Source: a virus
Lineage: Duplodnaviria > Caudoviricetes
Strand: one strand, 5' to 3'
DNA length: 64,000 bases
Virus record (IMG/VR): IMGVR_UViG_3300028888_002023
Coordinates: 12,176-76,175 of that record
The translations under genes were made by a program, and so were the position numbers. The notes under the pieces are model-generated. The model worked only from the letters and a program-made list of their open reading frames with translations, ran no database searches and was not told the origin of the DNA. Positions 28,055 through 37,298 of the stretch are shown piece by piece (the first letter of the stretch is position 1; each line of letters begins with the position of its first letter).

Positions 28055-28393
28055 ATGGAAAACGATATAGTTATTATCAGAAATATGTTAAGAGATGAAT
28101 CAGAAGCAGTGGCTCATTATGAAGAAGCTGCTAACAAAGCATTAAATCCAACTCTTAAAAAGATATTACACGATATTAAAGAAGAAGAGATGGTTCACAT
28201 TGGTGAATTAAAACAAGCTCTTAAAGAAATTTATGGCATTAGCGATAATGATAAAGAAGGTGAAGGAAAGATGGAAGTAAATAATATCCTTGCTAAAGAA
28301 GAAAGGATAAGAAAGGCTTGTGCTGTTGTTGATATGGCACACTTAGCAATGTTTCCTACACTAAGCATGAAGATTAGACAATTGAAGAAATAA
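28055..28393 (+). CDS. Ferritin-like (rubrerythrin/EncFtn-type) di-iron protein
   Basis: ESEAVAHYE and DIKEEEMVHIGEL (ExxH). Start moved to ATG 28055 after SD GGAGA. Confidence 0.7.
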   Translation: MENDIVIIRNMLRDESEAVAHYEEAANKALNPTLKKILHDIKEEEMVHIGELKQALKEIYGISDNDKEGEGKMEVNNILAKEERIRKACAVVDMAHLAMFPTLSMKIRQLKK

Positions 28394-28405
28394 AGGGAAA
28401 TAAAA

Positions 28406-29113
28406 ATGAGTGGAACAAAAAAGGCAGGCTATGTTCTCAAGGACATGGATATTAGGAGAGCATTTTTAGAACGAAACAAAGAATTCTTTAAATCCAATAT
28501 TTTTGCTAATGAATTTGGCATAAATTCTACTAATGTAGTAGACTTTGCCAGTTTTGATTTTAAGAAGAATATTTTTTATGGATTTGAAATTAAATCCCCT
28601 AGAGATAATTTAGTAAGATTATATAAACAACTCACAGCATATACAACTTTCTTTAATATTGTTTATTTAATTGTTCACGATAAACACCTAAAGGAAGCTA
28701 TGGATATGATAAATCAGTATGAGCATTTCAGAAAAATAGGTGTAATTAGATTAGATGATGACCTTAACTTTGAAGAAGTGAAGCAGGCATCTCTTTACAA
28801 ACCATTCTTTGATTTATTTATTAGGAATCTGGATATGGAAGATGTAAGGTATTTATGTGAAGAAAATGGAATACCTACAATTGATTATAATAAGAAGCAA
28901 CTCACTATGAGATTAAAAACCCGGATTTCTATTGAGCAAATGTATGAAGGTATCAAACATAAATTAGAGAAATATCACGTTAAGAAATGTCCTGTTTGTG
29001 GAAGTAACCTTTTCTATAATAGAAGGGAAGGTTCTGAAACTATGTCAGTATGCTTTGAATGTGGTTACGAGTTTGTAAATGAGGCTACAGGTAAGAAGAA
29101 ATACTTCTGTTAA
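28406..29113 (+). CDS. PD-(D/E)xK nuclease-like (sce7726/MmcB-like) protein with C-terminal zinc ribbon
   Basis: VVDF..FEIKSPRDNLVRLYKQLTAY; CPVCGS..CFECG. Confidence 0.7.
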   Translation: MSGTKKAGYVLKDMDIRRAFLERNKEFFKSNIFANEFGINSTNVVDFASFDFKKNIFYGFEIKSPRDNLVRLYKQLTAYTTFFNIVYLIVHDKHLKEAMDMINQYEHFRKIGVIRLDDDLNFEEVKQASLYKPFFDLFIRNLDMEDVRYLCEENGIPTIDYNKKQLTMRLKTRISIEQMYEGIKHKLEKYHVKKCPVCGSNLFYNRREGSETMSVCFECGYEFVNEATGKKKYFC

Positions 29114-29177
29114 ATTATATTCTAATACAGATTAAACATTTAATACTATTTTTTCTTTGTCAAGTACACTTATGTCC

Positions 29178-29205
29178 CCTCTCATGAAAATGAGAGGTTT
29201 TCTTT
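29178..29205 (+). terminator. Rho-independent terminator
   Basis: CCTCTCAT-GAAA-ATGAGAGG-TTTTCTTT. Confidence 0.8.
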
Positions 29206-29259
29206 ACTATTATTGCTTTTCAACCTTCTTTCTTACAAAGGATTTTTTCAGATTTTTAT

Positions 29260-29354
29260 AAGAAGAAGATTTAGACTTAGTAAAAGATGAATTATTGTTT
29301 TTAAAAAAGTTGTATTTAGATTAAAAAAGTTATTGATTATTTTTAAAGTTATTA
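29260..29354 (+). repeat. 95-bp direct repeat, copy 1
   Basis: Identical to 29827..29921 on base-by-base comparison. Confidence 0.9.
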
Positions 29355-29500
29355 GGTTATTGTTTATTAGTTCTTTACAATATTCTTTTATTTTTTACTA
29401 TATTACTATATTATTCTATTTATAATATTATTATAATATTAATATTAATTACTATAGTATTAAAGTAATTATAAAAGATTAAAAAATAATTTTAAAAAAG
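29355..29500. other. Extremely AT-rich tract (candidate DNA-unwinding element)
   Basis: Long A/T runs such as tattactatattattctatttataatattattataatattaatattaatt. Confidence 0.55.
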
Positions 29501-29503
29501 TAC

Positions 29504-29532
29504 TTGACAAAATAAAACCTTTATGATATAGT
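29504..29532 (+). promoter_or_regulatory. Sigma70-type promoter
   Basis: TTGACA-17-TATAGT with TG extension. Confidence 0.7.
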
Positions 29533-29615
29533 AAAAATATGAGAGAGTAAAAATTAAAAGTGTAATTATTACCTTTTATTTTAAAAGCTCAAAAATCTTT
29601 TAGATTAAATAAGAG

Positions 29616-29644
29616 TTGACAACATTAGTTCCTTATGGTATCAT
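29616..29644 (+). promoter_or_regulatory. Sigma70-type promoter
   Basis: TTGACA-17-TATCAT. Confidence 0.7.
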
Positions 29645-29826
29645 AAAAGAGTTGAACATTGATATTTGAATGTTTAATGCAGTAGAGGTCACACTCTGCT
29701 TGTAAAATCTAAAAATGTGTGAACCTATGTTTTGACACCTCTGAATGTAAGTGCGACTCATAGTGTAGCCGACAAGGTAGTCAACACCTTGTTAAGTGCA
29801 TTTAGTAATAACCGTAAAAGAAGCTG

Positions 29827-29921
29827 AAGAAGAAGATTTAGACTTAGTAAAAGATGAATTATTGTTTTTAAAAAAGTTGTATTTAGATTAAAAAAGTTAT
29901 TGATTATTTTTAAAGTTATTA
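29827..29921 (+). repeat. 95-bp direct repeat, copy 2
   Basis: Identical to 29260..29354. Confidence 0.9.
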
Positions 29922-30058
29922 TTGATTTTAGGACATTTGAGTAAGTAAAAGACCCCTCAACTATATCACAGGGAGCTATCGGTGAGGTTGGGGAAAGGAA
30001 GCGGTAGCCCACTACAAGTTTAACAATTAAATAGTTTTTAATTTCTCTATGCGAATAG

Positions 30059-30087
30059 TTGACAAGTTTTATCACTTGTGGTATACT
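30059..30087 (+). promoter_or_regulatory. Sigma70-type promoter for primase
   Basis: TTGACA-17-TATACT; implies the primase start is ATG 30094. Confidence 0.75.
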
Positions 30088-30093
30088 ATAATT

Positions 30094-30873
30094 ATGGAAG
30101 AGAAAGTAGTAGATATTACAGAGTATATCGAGTTACATAAAAATGGTATACCTATTTCAAAGGTTAGAACCATTGATAATCAGACGTTTCACGTTTTGCG
30201 TGACTGCGGTATAGATGTAAGAATCATAGATAGGGACAAGAATCTCACAAGGCTTTATTCAATGGGTAGCCTAATGACATTCTCGAAGGACACTAAGGAG
30301 TATTCACATAGATTTTTCTATTCAATACCACTCCAGACAGTTTCCGGGACTATAGTAGGATTCATCTACAGAACAGTTTTCGATAAGTCTTATACAACCA
30401 TAACCAGAACATTTAAAGATAAGGACCATAAAGTTCCAATAATGTTCGGTTTTTATAAGGATTTTGAAAATTATGATGAAAACGAAACGTGTAAACCTAT
30501 CATAGTGTGCGAAGGTCTTAAAGACTGTATCACACTTAAAAAGATATATCCTTATGTTCTGTCAAATAATACAAGTCATATGGGGATAAACCTACAGGTC
30601 TTGAGTAATCTGACAAACAAGTTTATCCTCATTTATGACAATGATAAGGCAGGGGAAGATGGGACAGCAATGGATATAAGTAATGTTCAGAAAATGAAAT
30701 ATGATGTAATAGAAATGAATATTTCTGATGGTTATAAAGACATAACAGACCTTTCAGAAAATCCAGAACGATTTAAGAGATTAAAAGATTCTTTATTGCA
30801 TCATATAGAACAATTAGAAAAGGGAACTAGCGGAATGGACAACGTAGGGCGAAGTTCCATAAGACGGAGATAA
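30094..30873 (+). CDS. DNA primase (TOPRIM)
   Basis: IPLQTVSGTIVGFIYR, IIVCEGLKD, YDNDKAG, YKDITD. Confidence 0.85.
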   Translation: MEEKVVDITEYIELHKNGIPISKVRTIDNQTFHVLRDCGIDVRIIDRDKNLTRLYSMGSLMTFSKDTKEYSHRFFYSIPLQTVSGTIVGFIYRTVFDKSYTTITRTFKDKDHKVPIMFGFYKDFENYDENETCKPIIVCEGLKDCITLKKIYPYVLSNNTSHMGINLQVLSNLTNKFILIYDNDKAGEDGTAMDISNVQKMKYDVIEMNISDGYKDITDLSENPERFKRLKDSLLHHIEQLEKGTSGMDNVGRSSIRRR

Positions 30874-30878
30874 GTGTA

Positions 30879-31811
30879 ATGATAGACATAGAAAAGAAGA
30901 AATTATTAGGATATGATATTGAAACATTCAATATGCACAATTTTAAAGAGTATTATGATGATAATTTTAATCGTTTTAATACATTTTCAAGAAGTGCTTT
31001 TCTGAAAGCTATCAGCATTCCTCCATCTTACTTTCTTGAACAACCAGAAGAGACTCAAGAAGAATTACTTATAAACAAGTCAAACCTTATGGAAGTACAA
31101 CCTAAATATACAGGTTGGGACCTTATTGTAGTATCTAAAGGTAATGAAATTATTAACGTAAGTAAAATTAAATCTAATGAGGTTGAAATGCGTTATGAAC
31201 AAATTGCTTCCATAGAAGACGTTGAAGGTATTGTTTGGGACAGAACATATCATAAGGACGGATTTATTGGTGGTTATCTTGTTTGTGGTACTGTTTCTAA
31301 GGAAGGTTATAGTAGAATCCTTTCTATTGACCTTCCTGTTCTCTTTAATAAACCAACCACTTTACATGAAGGTTTCTTAAAACTGGCTAATTCTAAAATG
31401 GACGTTGAAAAAGATATGATTTATTATACTCGCTCAAGCGAAGTAGATTATGAAGAATATCAACATATTCAACTTGCTATTGAAGATAAATTAAATAATA
31501 TACCAGAAGAAACTCCTTTAGACAAAGAGGAAAGCGTTGAAATTACTAGAGAACCTGTTGCAGTTATCTGTGAACTAGTAGATGAAAAAGTTGTTCCAAA
31601 ATCATTGCTAACCCCAATGGCTAAATACATTGATGCACAGATTGAAGATGGTAAAATTATAACTAATACAAGTCTTGTTGAAGCATGTATTGTCTTTGAC
31701 CAAAATGTTAAATCAATAAAACAAGTAAACAGTTTAAGAGATTGTAAGAGTTATATAGATTGTATGTGTATTGATGTAGAAGAGGTCAGAGAATTAGTGG
31801 GGCAAACTTAA
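30879..31811 (+). CDS. Hypothetical protein (weak DUF932-like start)
   Basis: 310-aa ORF; FLKAISIPPSYF..P.E motif. Confidence 0.55.
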   Translation: MIDIEKKKLLGYDIETFNMHNFKEYYDDNFNRFNTFSRSAFLKAISIPPSYFLEQPEETQEELLINKSNLMEVQPKYTGWDLIVVSKGNEIINVSKIKSNEVEMRYEQIASIEDVEGIVWDRTYHKDGFIGGYLVCGTVSKEGYSRILSIDLPVLFNKPTTLHEGFLKLANSKMDVEKDMIYYTRSSEVDYEEYQHIQLAIEDKLNNIPEETPLDKEESVEITREPVAVICELVDEKVVPKSLLTPMAKYIDAQIEDGKIITNTSLVEACIVFDQNVKSIKQVNSLRDCKSYIDCMCIDVEEVRELVGQT

Positions 31812-31880
31812 AAAGCCCTAGTTATTATATTTTATTACATGTCAAATAATAAAATATAATAACAAGGAGGCTGAATCCTA

Positions 31881-32021
31881 ATGACAGTTGAATATTATAG
31901 ATGTAAAAAATGCGGATATATCTTCGAGGAGCAAGAAGAATGTCCGAATTGTGGTGAGAAGAGAGACAATAGTATAGATGAAGACGTTAATGTTGAGCCT
32001 GTGTTCAATATTAACGATTAA
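31881..32021 (+). CDS. Small rubredoxin-like zinc-ribbon protein (46 aa)
   Basis: Not in ORF track. MTVEYYRCKKCGYIFEEQEECPNCGE..., SD AGGAGG. Confidence 0.8.
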   Translation: MTVEYYRCKKCGYIFEEQEECPNCGEKRDNSIDEDVNVEPVFNIND

Positions 32022-32044
32022 TTGTGTCTATAAGGTAGTGTAAG

Positions 32045-32575
32045 GTGGCAAGAAAAAGATTAACAGGTAGAGTTGATGTACAAAAGCTCTATGAAGAAGG
32101 GAAAATGCACACTGATGAGTTTTATCACGGTGTAACTAATTTAATTAAATGGTTATTAATGAAGTGTTTAATAGCTAAAGGACATTGGAAGAATGGTGTA
32201 AGACAAACTAATTTTGACCAAGAAGATGTAGATGATTGTTTTACATATGTATTTGGAAAAATTAAGGAAAAATATGACCCTAAAAAGGGTACACTTGCAA
32301 CATTTATTCGTACTTGGGTGCGTGGTTATGGCACTGTAACAACACAGAAACAACGCAGGCAACATAAATATCTAAAGAAACTTTTACCTTTAGACTTTAA
32401 TTTACAGAAAAGTATTGCTGAAGATTATAAAGACCCTTATCATATCGAAGACCTTGAAAACTATTTAGATGACACTTATTTTAATCAAGTTGATGAGAAT
32501 CTCCGGGAAGCCTTATTTGAAGTTTTAGGAGAAGATGTCAATAGTAATGGTTGGGACGGTTTAGAAGAGGAATAG
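32045..32575 (+). CDS. Phage sigma-factor-like protein (candidate late sigma)
   Basis: EDVDDCF..KIKEKYDPKKGTLATFIRTWVRG resembles sigma70 region 2; no clear region 4. Confidence 0.65.
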   Translation: MARKRLTGRVDVQKLYEEGKMHTDEFYHGVTNLIKWLLMKCLIAKGHWKNGVRQTNFDQEDVDDCFTYVFGKIKEKYDPKKGTLATFIRTWVRGYGTVTTQKQRRQHKYLKKLLPLDFNLQKSIAEDYKDPYHIEDLENYLDDTYFNQVDENLREALFEVLGEDVNSNGWDGLEEE

Positions 32576-33303
32576 GGTGCATAATAATGAATGAACACAA
32601 TACAGTAGCAGTAGTTAGTTTTACTTTTGATGACATAATAAAAGATATGAATTATGATAAGATTTTTCTTTTCATATTAAGCTATGAATATGGAATGAAT
32701 TTTAATACCATAATGACTTTATTTAATTTTTCATCTGACATTTTCTGGACTTATATAAATACATTAAGACCTATGCTTAAATTGGGGGATAGGAAGGCTT
32801 CTATGCTGAAGCATTCTGCTAGGAAAATATACTTTAAATTATTAGGTTCACAGGTAGAATTAAATGCTAAAGAGCAAGAATATATTGTTTATTTAATGCA
32901 ATATATTAATGATAGCTTTACCAATGGAGTTACTTGTGTACATTGTTCTGCATTAGAAGATTATCCTTATGAAACAAGAGGTTCTTTTATAGAGCATAAC
33001 ACTGGAAAACAAGTTAAAACTAAAACAATTAAAAATCAAGATGATTTATATAAATATATTGATAGCATTGATTATATTCTGATAAATGGCGAATGGTACG
33101 AAAAAACTACCAGAGTTGAATACCTTATTGAAAAATATTATGGCGATTTAAACTCAAGAGAAATCAGAAGAAAAAGTGTTAGAGAAATTATTAATATGAT
33201 GGATAGTGAAGCTATTGATATACATAATAAGGAAATAACAGATAAAGCAGATGCTTTATTACAACATAGGGCAGATTTGGTGCACAGAAATGGGAAGATT
33301 TAA
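32551..33303 (+). CDS. Hypothetical protein
   Basis: 250-aa ORF; true start probably slightly downstream (~32587). Confidence 0.6.
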   Translation: MGRFRRGIGCIIMNEHNTVAVVSFTFDDIIKDMNYDKIFLFILSYEYGMNFNTIMTLFNFSSDIFWTYINTLRPMLKLGDRKASMLKHSARKIYFKLLGSQVELNAKEQEYIVYLMQYINDSFTNGVTCVHCSALEDYPYETRGSFIEHNTGKQVKTKTIKNQDDLYKYIDSIDYILINGEWYEKTTRVEYLIEKYYGDLNSREIRRKSVREIINMMDSEAIDIHNKEITDKADALLQHRADLVHRNGKI

Positions 33304-33565
33304 TTATTTTAAGAGAAAACCTAATCCAATGTTAGAAGTATTGGATAAGAGCATAAAAGAATTAAATGATAATTCTAAGGCGGTTGAGAAAGCTCTGGAG
33401 ACATTTTTAAAGCAAGAAGGTGTAGAAATATCAGAAGAAGAGTTTAATGAAATTAAACAACTTACAGACACTATGAATGAGCTTGATGATACTATTTTAG
33501 AATTAGCTAAAAAACCAGAAGTAAAGAAGCCAAAGGCTAAAAAGAAAACTAAGAGGAAGAAATAA
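33290..33565 (+). CDS. Small coiled-coil protein with basic tail
   Basis: Phage-like codon usage, coupled to the next gene (TAATG); start uncertain. Confidence 0.55.
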   Translation: MGRFNYFKRKPNPMLEVLDKSIKELNDNSKAVEKALETFLKQEGVEISEEEFNEIKQLTDTMNELDDTILELAKKPEVKKPKAKKKTKRKK

Positions 33566-34035
33566 TGGATTTCAACCCTAACATAGATGATAATGATACT
33601 AATAATGTTCCACAAAATAATACTTTAGAAAATGCACCTAAAGCGTATGAACCTACAAGTATTGTTATTGAAAGTAGTAAACAGAATAAAGAACTCCTAT
33701 CTATGGGAGGTTTATTAGGGCTAACTAAAAGTCATATTGAAGGAAGTTTAAAGTGTGGTCAAGATATTGAAAGACTTTCTAATGCTATTGATAGCATACA
33801 ACACTTACTTTCACCTAAAGAATTAATTGAATATTTAAAGGTTAAATTACATCAGCAGGAATTTCATACTGAATGTGTATTTAAAGCATACTCTATTATG
33901 CAGAAAACTGATATGGCTAAAGAAATGATGGCTTCTTCCGAAAGAAAAGAAAGAATTATTGAAGCTACAGATAGGACTAAAATTAATTATTTACTAGGTA
34001 AATTAAATCCTAATCGTACTGAGGAGTTGGAATAG
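33565..34035 (+). CDS. Probable terminase small subunit
   Basis: 156-aa helical protein directly upstream of the large terminase (positional call only). Confidence 0.45.
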   Translation: MDFNPNIDDNDTNNVPQNNTLENAPKAYEPTSIVIESSKQNKELLSMGGLLGLTKSHIEGSLKCGQDIERLSNAIDSIQHLLSPKELIEYLKVKLHQQEFHTECVFKAYSIMQKTDMAKEMMASSERKERIIEATDRTKINYLLGKLNPNRTEELE

Positions 34036-34036
34036 T

Positions 34037-35983
34037 TTGGCAGTTGTAATAGACGCTTATCAAGGCTTAAAAAACGAAGACGCAGTAAGACTATATTTAC
34101 AAGAAGAAAAACAGATGAATCAAGTAGATATAGATGATTTTATGCGTGTTTATGAAACTCTTTCTATAGAAGAAGTTTCAGAGCTTCTGTTTGAAATGAT
34201 AGGTAAAGAAATTTATAGAACTTATCCACCTGATATGAAAACTTTTATTCATGACCCATACTTTTTAGGCACAATTTATGGTGATAGTATATTTCCAGTA
34301 TGGGATTCTTTACTTCCAGAGATTTATCCAGCACCTATGTGTAAATCTTATGAAGAAATAATTTTATCTACAGCAACCAGATGTGGTAAATCTACTTGTA
34401 TAGCTATTGCATTTGCATATGAAATACTTCTTATGCTTTGTATGATTAATCCTGCTAAAACAATATTAGGTAAAGCATCTGGTTCACTTGTTATGGCTAT
34501 TCTTTCAAAAGATAATCAGACTGCTGTAGGTCAGGTTGCAACAGACTTATATAAAATAATTACTCTTTCACCTTACTTCCAAACCCTAGTTGAGGGGGAC
34601 CTTGCATTCTCTAATATAGAGAAAAAAGGCGTGGCTATTACAGACAGCATACTTTTAAAGGCTGGTTCATCATTAGCAACAATAGTTGGTACAGACTTAT
34701 TTGCATGCTGTCTGGACGAAGCCAATATTGGAACTACAAAGATTGCAGCTGAAAAGTTGGTAGAAACTCGTTTACAATTATGGCAACACGCTATAGACAG
34801 ACGTAATGCTACATTGGATAAAGCTCCAGCAGGCACAGGTATTATGTTTATTACATCATCTCCAACTGAAGAAAATGATGTAATTAAAGCACGTATTGAC
34901 CAAGTTGAAGGTAATGGTATTCCTAATGTTAAAATAGTTGATAATCTCGCTCGTTGGGAAGCTCGTGGTACACACGCCACAGATACATTTGATTTCTTTA
35001 TTGGCTCTGATACAAAGGACCCATGCCTGTTAGAAGATGTACCAGACTTAATACTTTCACCAGATGAATTAGCAAATAAAGTAATTAAAGTTCCTAGAAC
35101 ACAAGAATTTTTAACTTCATTTAGAACTGAACCTATTCGTGCTATTCAAGAAATAGCTGGATTACGTACAGCTCCAGAAAATGCTTTTTTCAGAAGTGTA
35201 GCACCTTTTGAAAAAGTATTTTATAGGGAAAATGATATATTCACTAAAGATGAAATGCACTTAACTTTAAGTGGTCATTTAGACTTTGATGACTATATGA
35301 TAGACAAAGACTATTTTTCCCATCCTCACGACCCTGAATGCTATAGATATGTCCACTTAGATATTGCTTCTAAACAAGACAGATTCGGTTTAGCCTCCGT
35401 TTATTCTAAAAGAATGAAATTTCAATCAGATGATGGTATAGAAATTTCCAGAAGAATGTACTTTGTGGACTTCTGTTTGGGGTTAAAAGCACAGGGTGGA
35501 GATACTGTTGACTTATTAAAGGCACTTGATTTCTTATATAAAATTAAGAAGCAAGGATATCCTATCAAAATGATTACAACAGACTCTCATCAAGGAGAAT
35601 TGGCACAACAATACTTACAGAGAGCAACTAATAAAACTGTATTAACAGACTTCCAATCAGTTGAAAAAACTAAAGAAGCATATTTTAACCTTAAAAATTT
35701 AATTCTAACTGAATCATTAATAGGTTATAAAAATCCATTATTGACAAAAGAATTAAAGAATTTAAGAGAGGATGAAAAGAGAGTACAAAAACCTAAAGGT
35801 GACGGTTATTCTGATGATATGTCAGATGCATTGGCAGGTGCTTTATTCACTTGTAGTCAAGATAAGTATTATATGAAAACAGAAGGTGCTGTTACTGATA
35901 TTATTAATCAATTTAAACAGCAACAAAACTGGAATCAATTATATGGAAGGACTGTTTACGACTTTAGACCATTTAGTAAATAG
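34037..35983 (+). CDS. terL: Terminase large subunit
   Basis: Walker A TATRCGKS, Walker B CCLDEA, RNase H-like HLDIAS and DDMSDALAGA; TTG start. Confidence 0.9.
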   Translation: MAVVIDAYQGLKNEDAVRLYLQEEKQMNQVDIDDFMRVYETLSIEEVSELLFEMIGKEIYRTYPPDMKTFIHDPYFLGTIYGDSIFPVWDSLLPEIYPAPMCKSYEEIILSTATRCGKSTCIAIAFAYEILLMLCMINPAKTILGKASGSLVMAILSKDNQTAVGQVATDLYKIITLSPYFQTLVEGDLAFSNIEKKGVAITDSILLKAGSSLATIVGTDLFACCLDEANIGTTKIAAEKLVETRLQLWQHAIDRRNATLDKAPAGTGIMFITSSPTEENDVIKARIDQVEGNGIPNVKIVDNLARWEARGTHATDTFDFFIGSDTKDPCLLEDVPDLILSPDELANKVIKVPRTQEFLTSFRTEPIRAIQEIAGLRTAPENAFFRSVAPFEKVFYRENDIFTKDEMHLTLSGHLDFDDYMIDKDYFSHPHDPECYRYVHLDIASKQDRFGLASVYSKRMKFQSDDGIEISRRMYFVDFCLGLKAQGGDTVDLLKALDFLYKIKKQGYPIKMITTDSHQGELAQQYLQRATNKTVLTDFQSVEKTKEAYFNLKNLILTESLIGYKNPLLTKELKNLREDEKRVQKPKGDGYSDDMSDALAGALFTCSQDKYYMKTEGAVTDIINQFKQQQNWNQLYGRTVYDFRPFSK

Positions 35984-35991
35984 GAGAAGTT

Positions 35992-37269
35992 ATGGTAGAC
36001 ACAGAGATTTTAGAGTTAGAGAGAGCAGAATATACTAAAAGAGATAAAGAATTAGACTTTATTGCAAGTCAAAATCTTTGTTCTGAAGATATATTAAATG
36101 CTTGTGGAAGTATTGCACAAATGAAATATGCTGAAGGTTTTCCCGGAAAGCGTTATTATGCTGGTTGTGAAATCGTTGATGAAATTGAAAAACGCTGTGA
36201 AGAAGAATTATTAAAATTATTTAATGCTCAAGCACAGTACAACGCTTGTGTTCAACCTGCTAATGGTTCCTCTGCGAATCTTATTGCATATAGAGCATTA
36301 TTAGAAAAGGGAGCTTGTATATTAGCACCATCTACAAATATGGGTGGTCATATTTCGCACGGGCACCCACTTTCAACTGTAGCTCAATTTTATGATGTTG
36401 TAACCTATGGATTAACAGATGATGGTTATATAGATTATGATGAAATGGAAAGACTTGCAATTAAAGAAATGCCTTCAATGATTATTGTAGGTATGAGTAA
36501 TTATAGCAGATTTATAGATTATGCAAGAGTTAGAGAAATAGCTGACAAATGTGATGCTTTAGTAATGGCTGATATTGCTCATATTTCTGGTTTAATTGCA
36601 ACTGGTTATCACCCATCTCCTGTTGGTTATGCTGATATTATAACATCAACAACTCATAAAATATTAAGAGGACCTCGTTCTGCTTTTATACTATATATGA
36701 AAGAATATGATAAAGAAGTTAAAAGAGCAGTAATTCCCGGTTGCTTTGGTGGTCCAGATGAAGCTAAAATATTAGCTAAATTACTATGTTTTAAAGAAGC
36801 ACAAAGTATAAATTATAATTTATATTGTCAACAAGTATTAGCAAATGCTAAAGCTATGGTTGAAGCATTTAAAATTCATGGTATTCCTGTTTTATCTGGT
36901 GGAACTGATAATCATTCATTTTGTTTAGATTTAACTGGTTTCCCTTGTTCTGGCAGAGAATTAGCCAATGCTTTAGCCAGTGTTGGATTAATTACAAATT
37001 GCAACTCTATACCTAATGACCCTCGTAGTTTCTTTGAAACATCTGGTCTTAGAATGGGTACACCGTCTGTAACAACAAGAGGATTAGATGATAATGATTG
37101 CTTTTCAATAGCATCATCAATAGCTAATTACTTAAATGCTTTAAAAGATGGTGAAACTAGAAAAGCTGATGCTTTACTTGATTTAATTGGAATTAAGGTT
37201 AAGTATTTTACTAGAAATCACCCATTGCAAAACATATATCCTAATAAATATGAGAAGTTATTTGAATAA
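35992..37269 (+). CDS. glyA: Serine hydroxymethyltransferase
   Basis: KYAEGFPGKRYYAGCE, GGHISHG, ADIAHISGL, TTHKILRGPR (PLP Lys), SGGTDNH, GLRMGTP. Confidence 0.92.
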   Translation: MVDTEILELERAEYTKRDKELDFIASQNLCSEDILNACGSIAQMKYAEGFPGKRYYAGCEIVDEIEKRCEEELLKLFNAQAQYNACVQPANGSSANLIAYRALLEKGACILAPSTNMGGHISHGHPLSTVAQFYDVVTYGLTDDGYIDYDEMERLAIKEMPSMIIVGMSNYSRFIDYARVREIADKCDALVMADIAHISGLIATGYHPSPVGYADIITSTTHKILRGPRSAFILYMKEYDKEVKRAVIPGCFGGPDEAKILAKLLCFKEAQSINYNLYCQQVLANAKAMVEAFKIHGIPVLSGGTDNHSFCLDLTGFPCSGRELANALASVGLITNCNSIPNDPRSFFETSGLRMGTPSVTTRGLDDNDCFSIASSIANYLNALKDGETRKADALLDLIGIKVKYFTRNHPLQNIYPNKYEKLFE

Positions 37270-37298
37270 CTTACATTTTAAAATACGGAGAAAATAAG

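Noticed and set aside
29755-29800. tRNA-like start (GTAGCC..GGTAG)
   Set aside because: No T-arm GTTCRA and no cloverleaf.
29260-29921. CRISPR array or attachment site
   Set aside because: Only two 95-bp copies 567 bp apart, no spacer periodicity, no cas or integrase gene.
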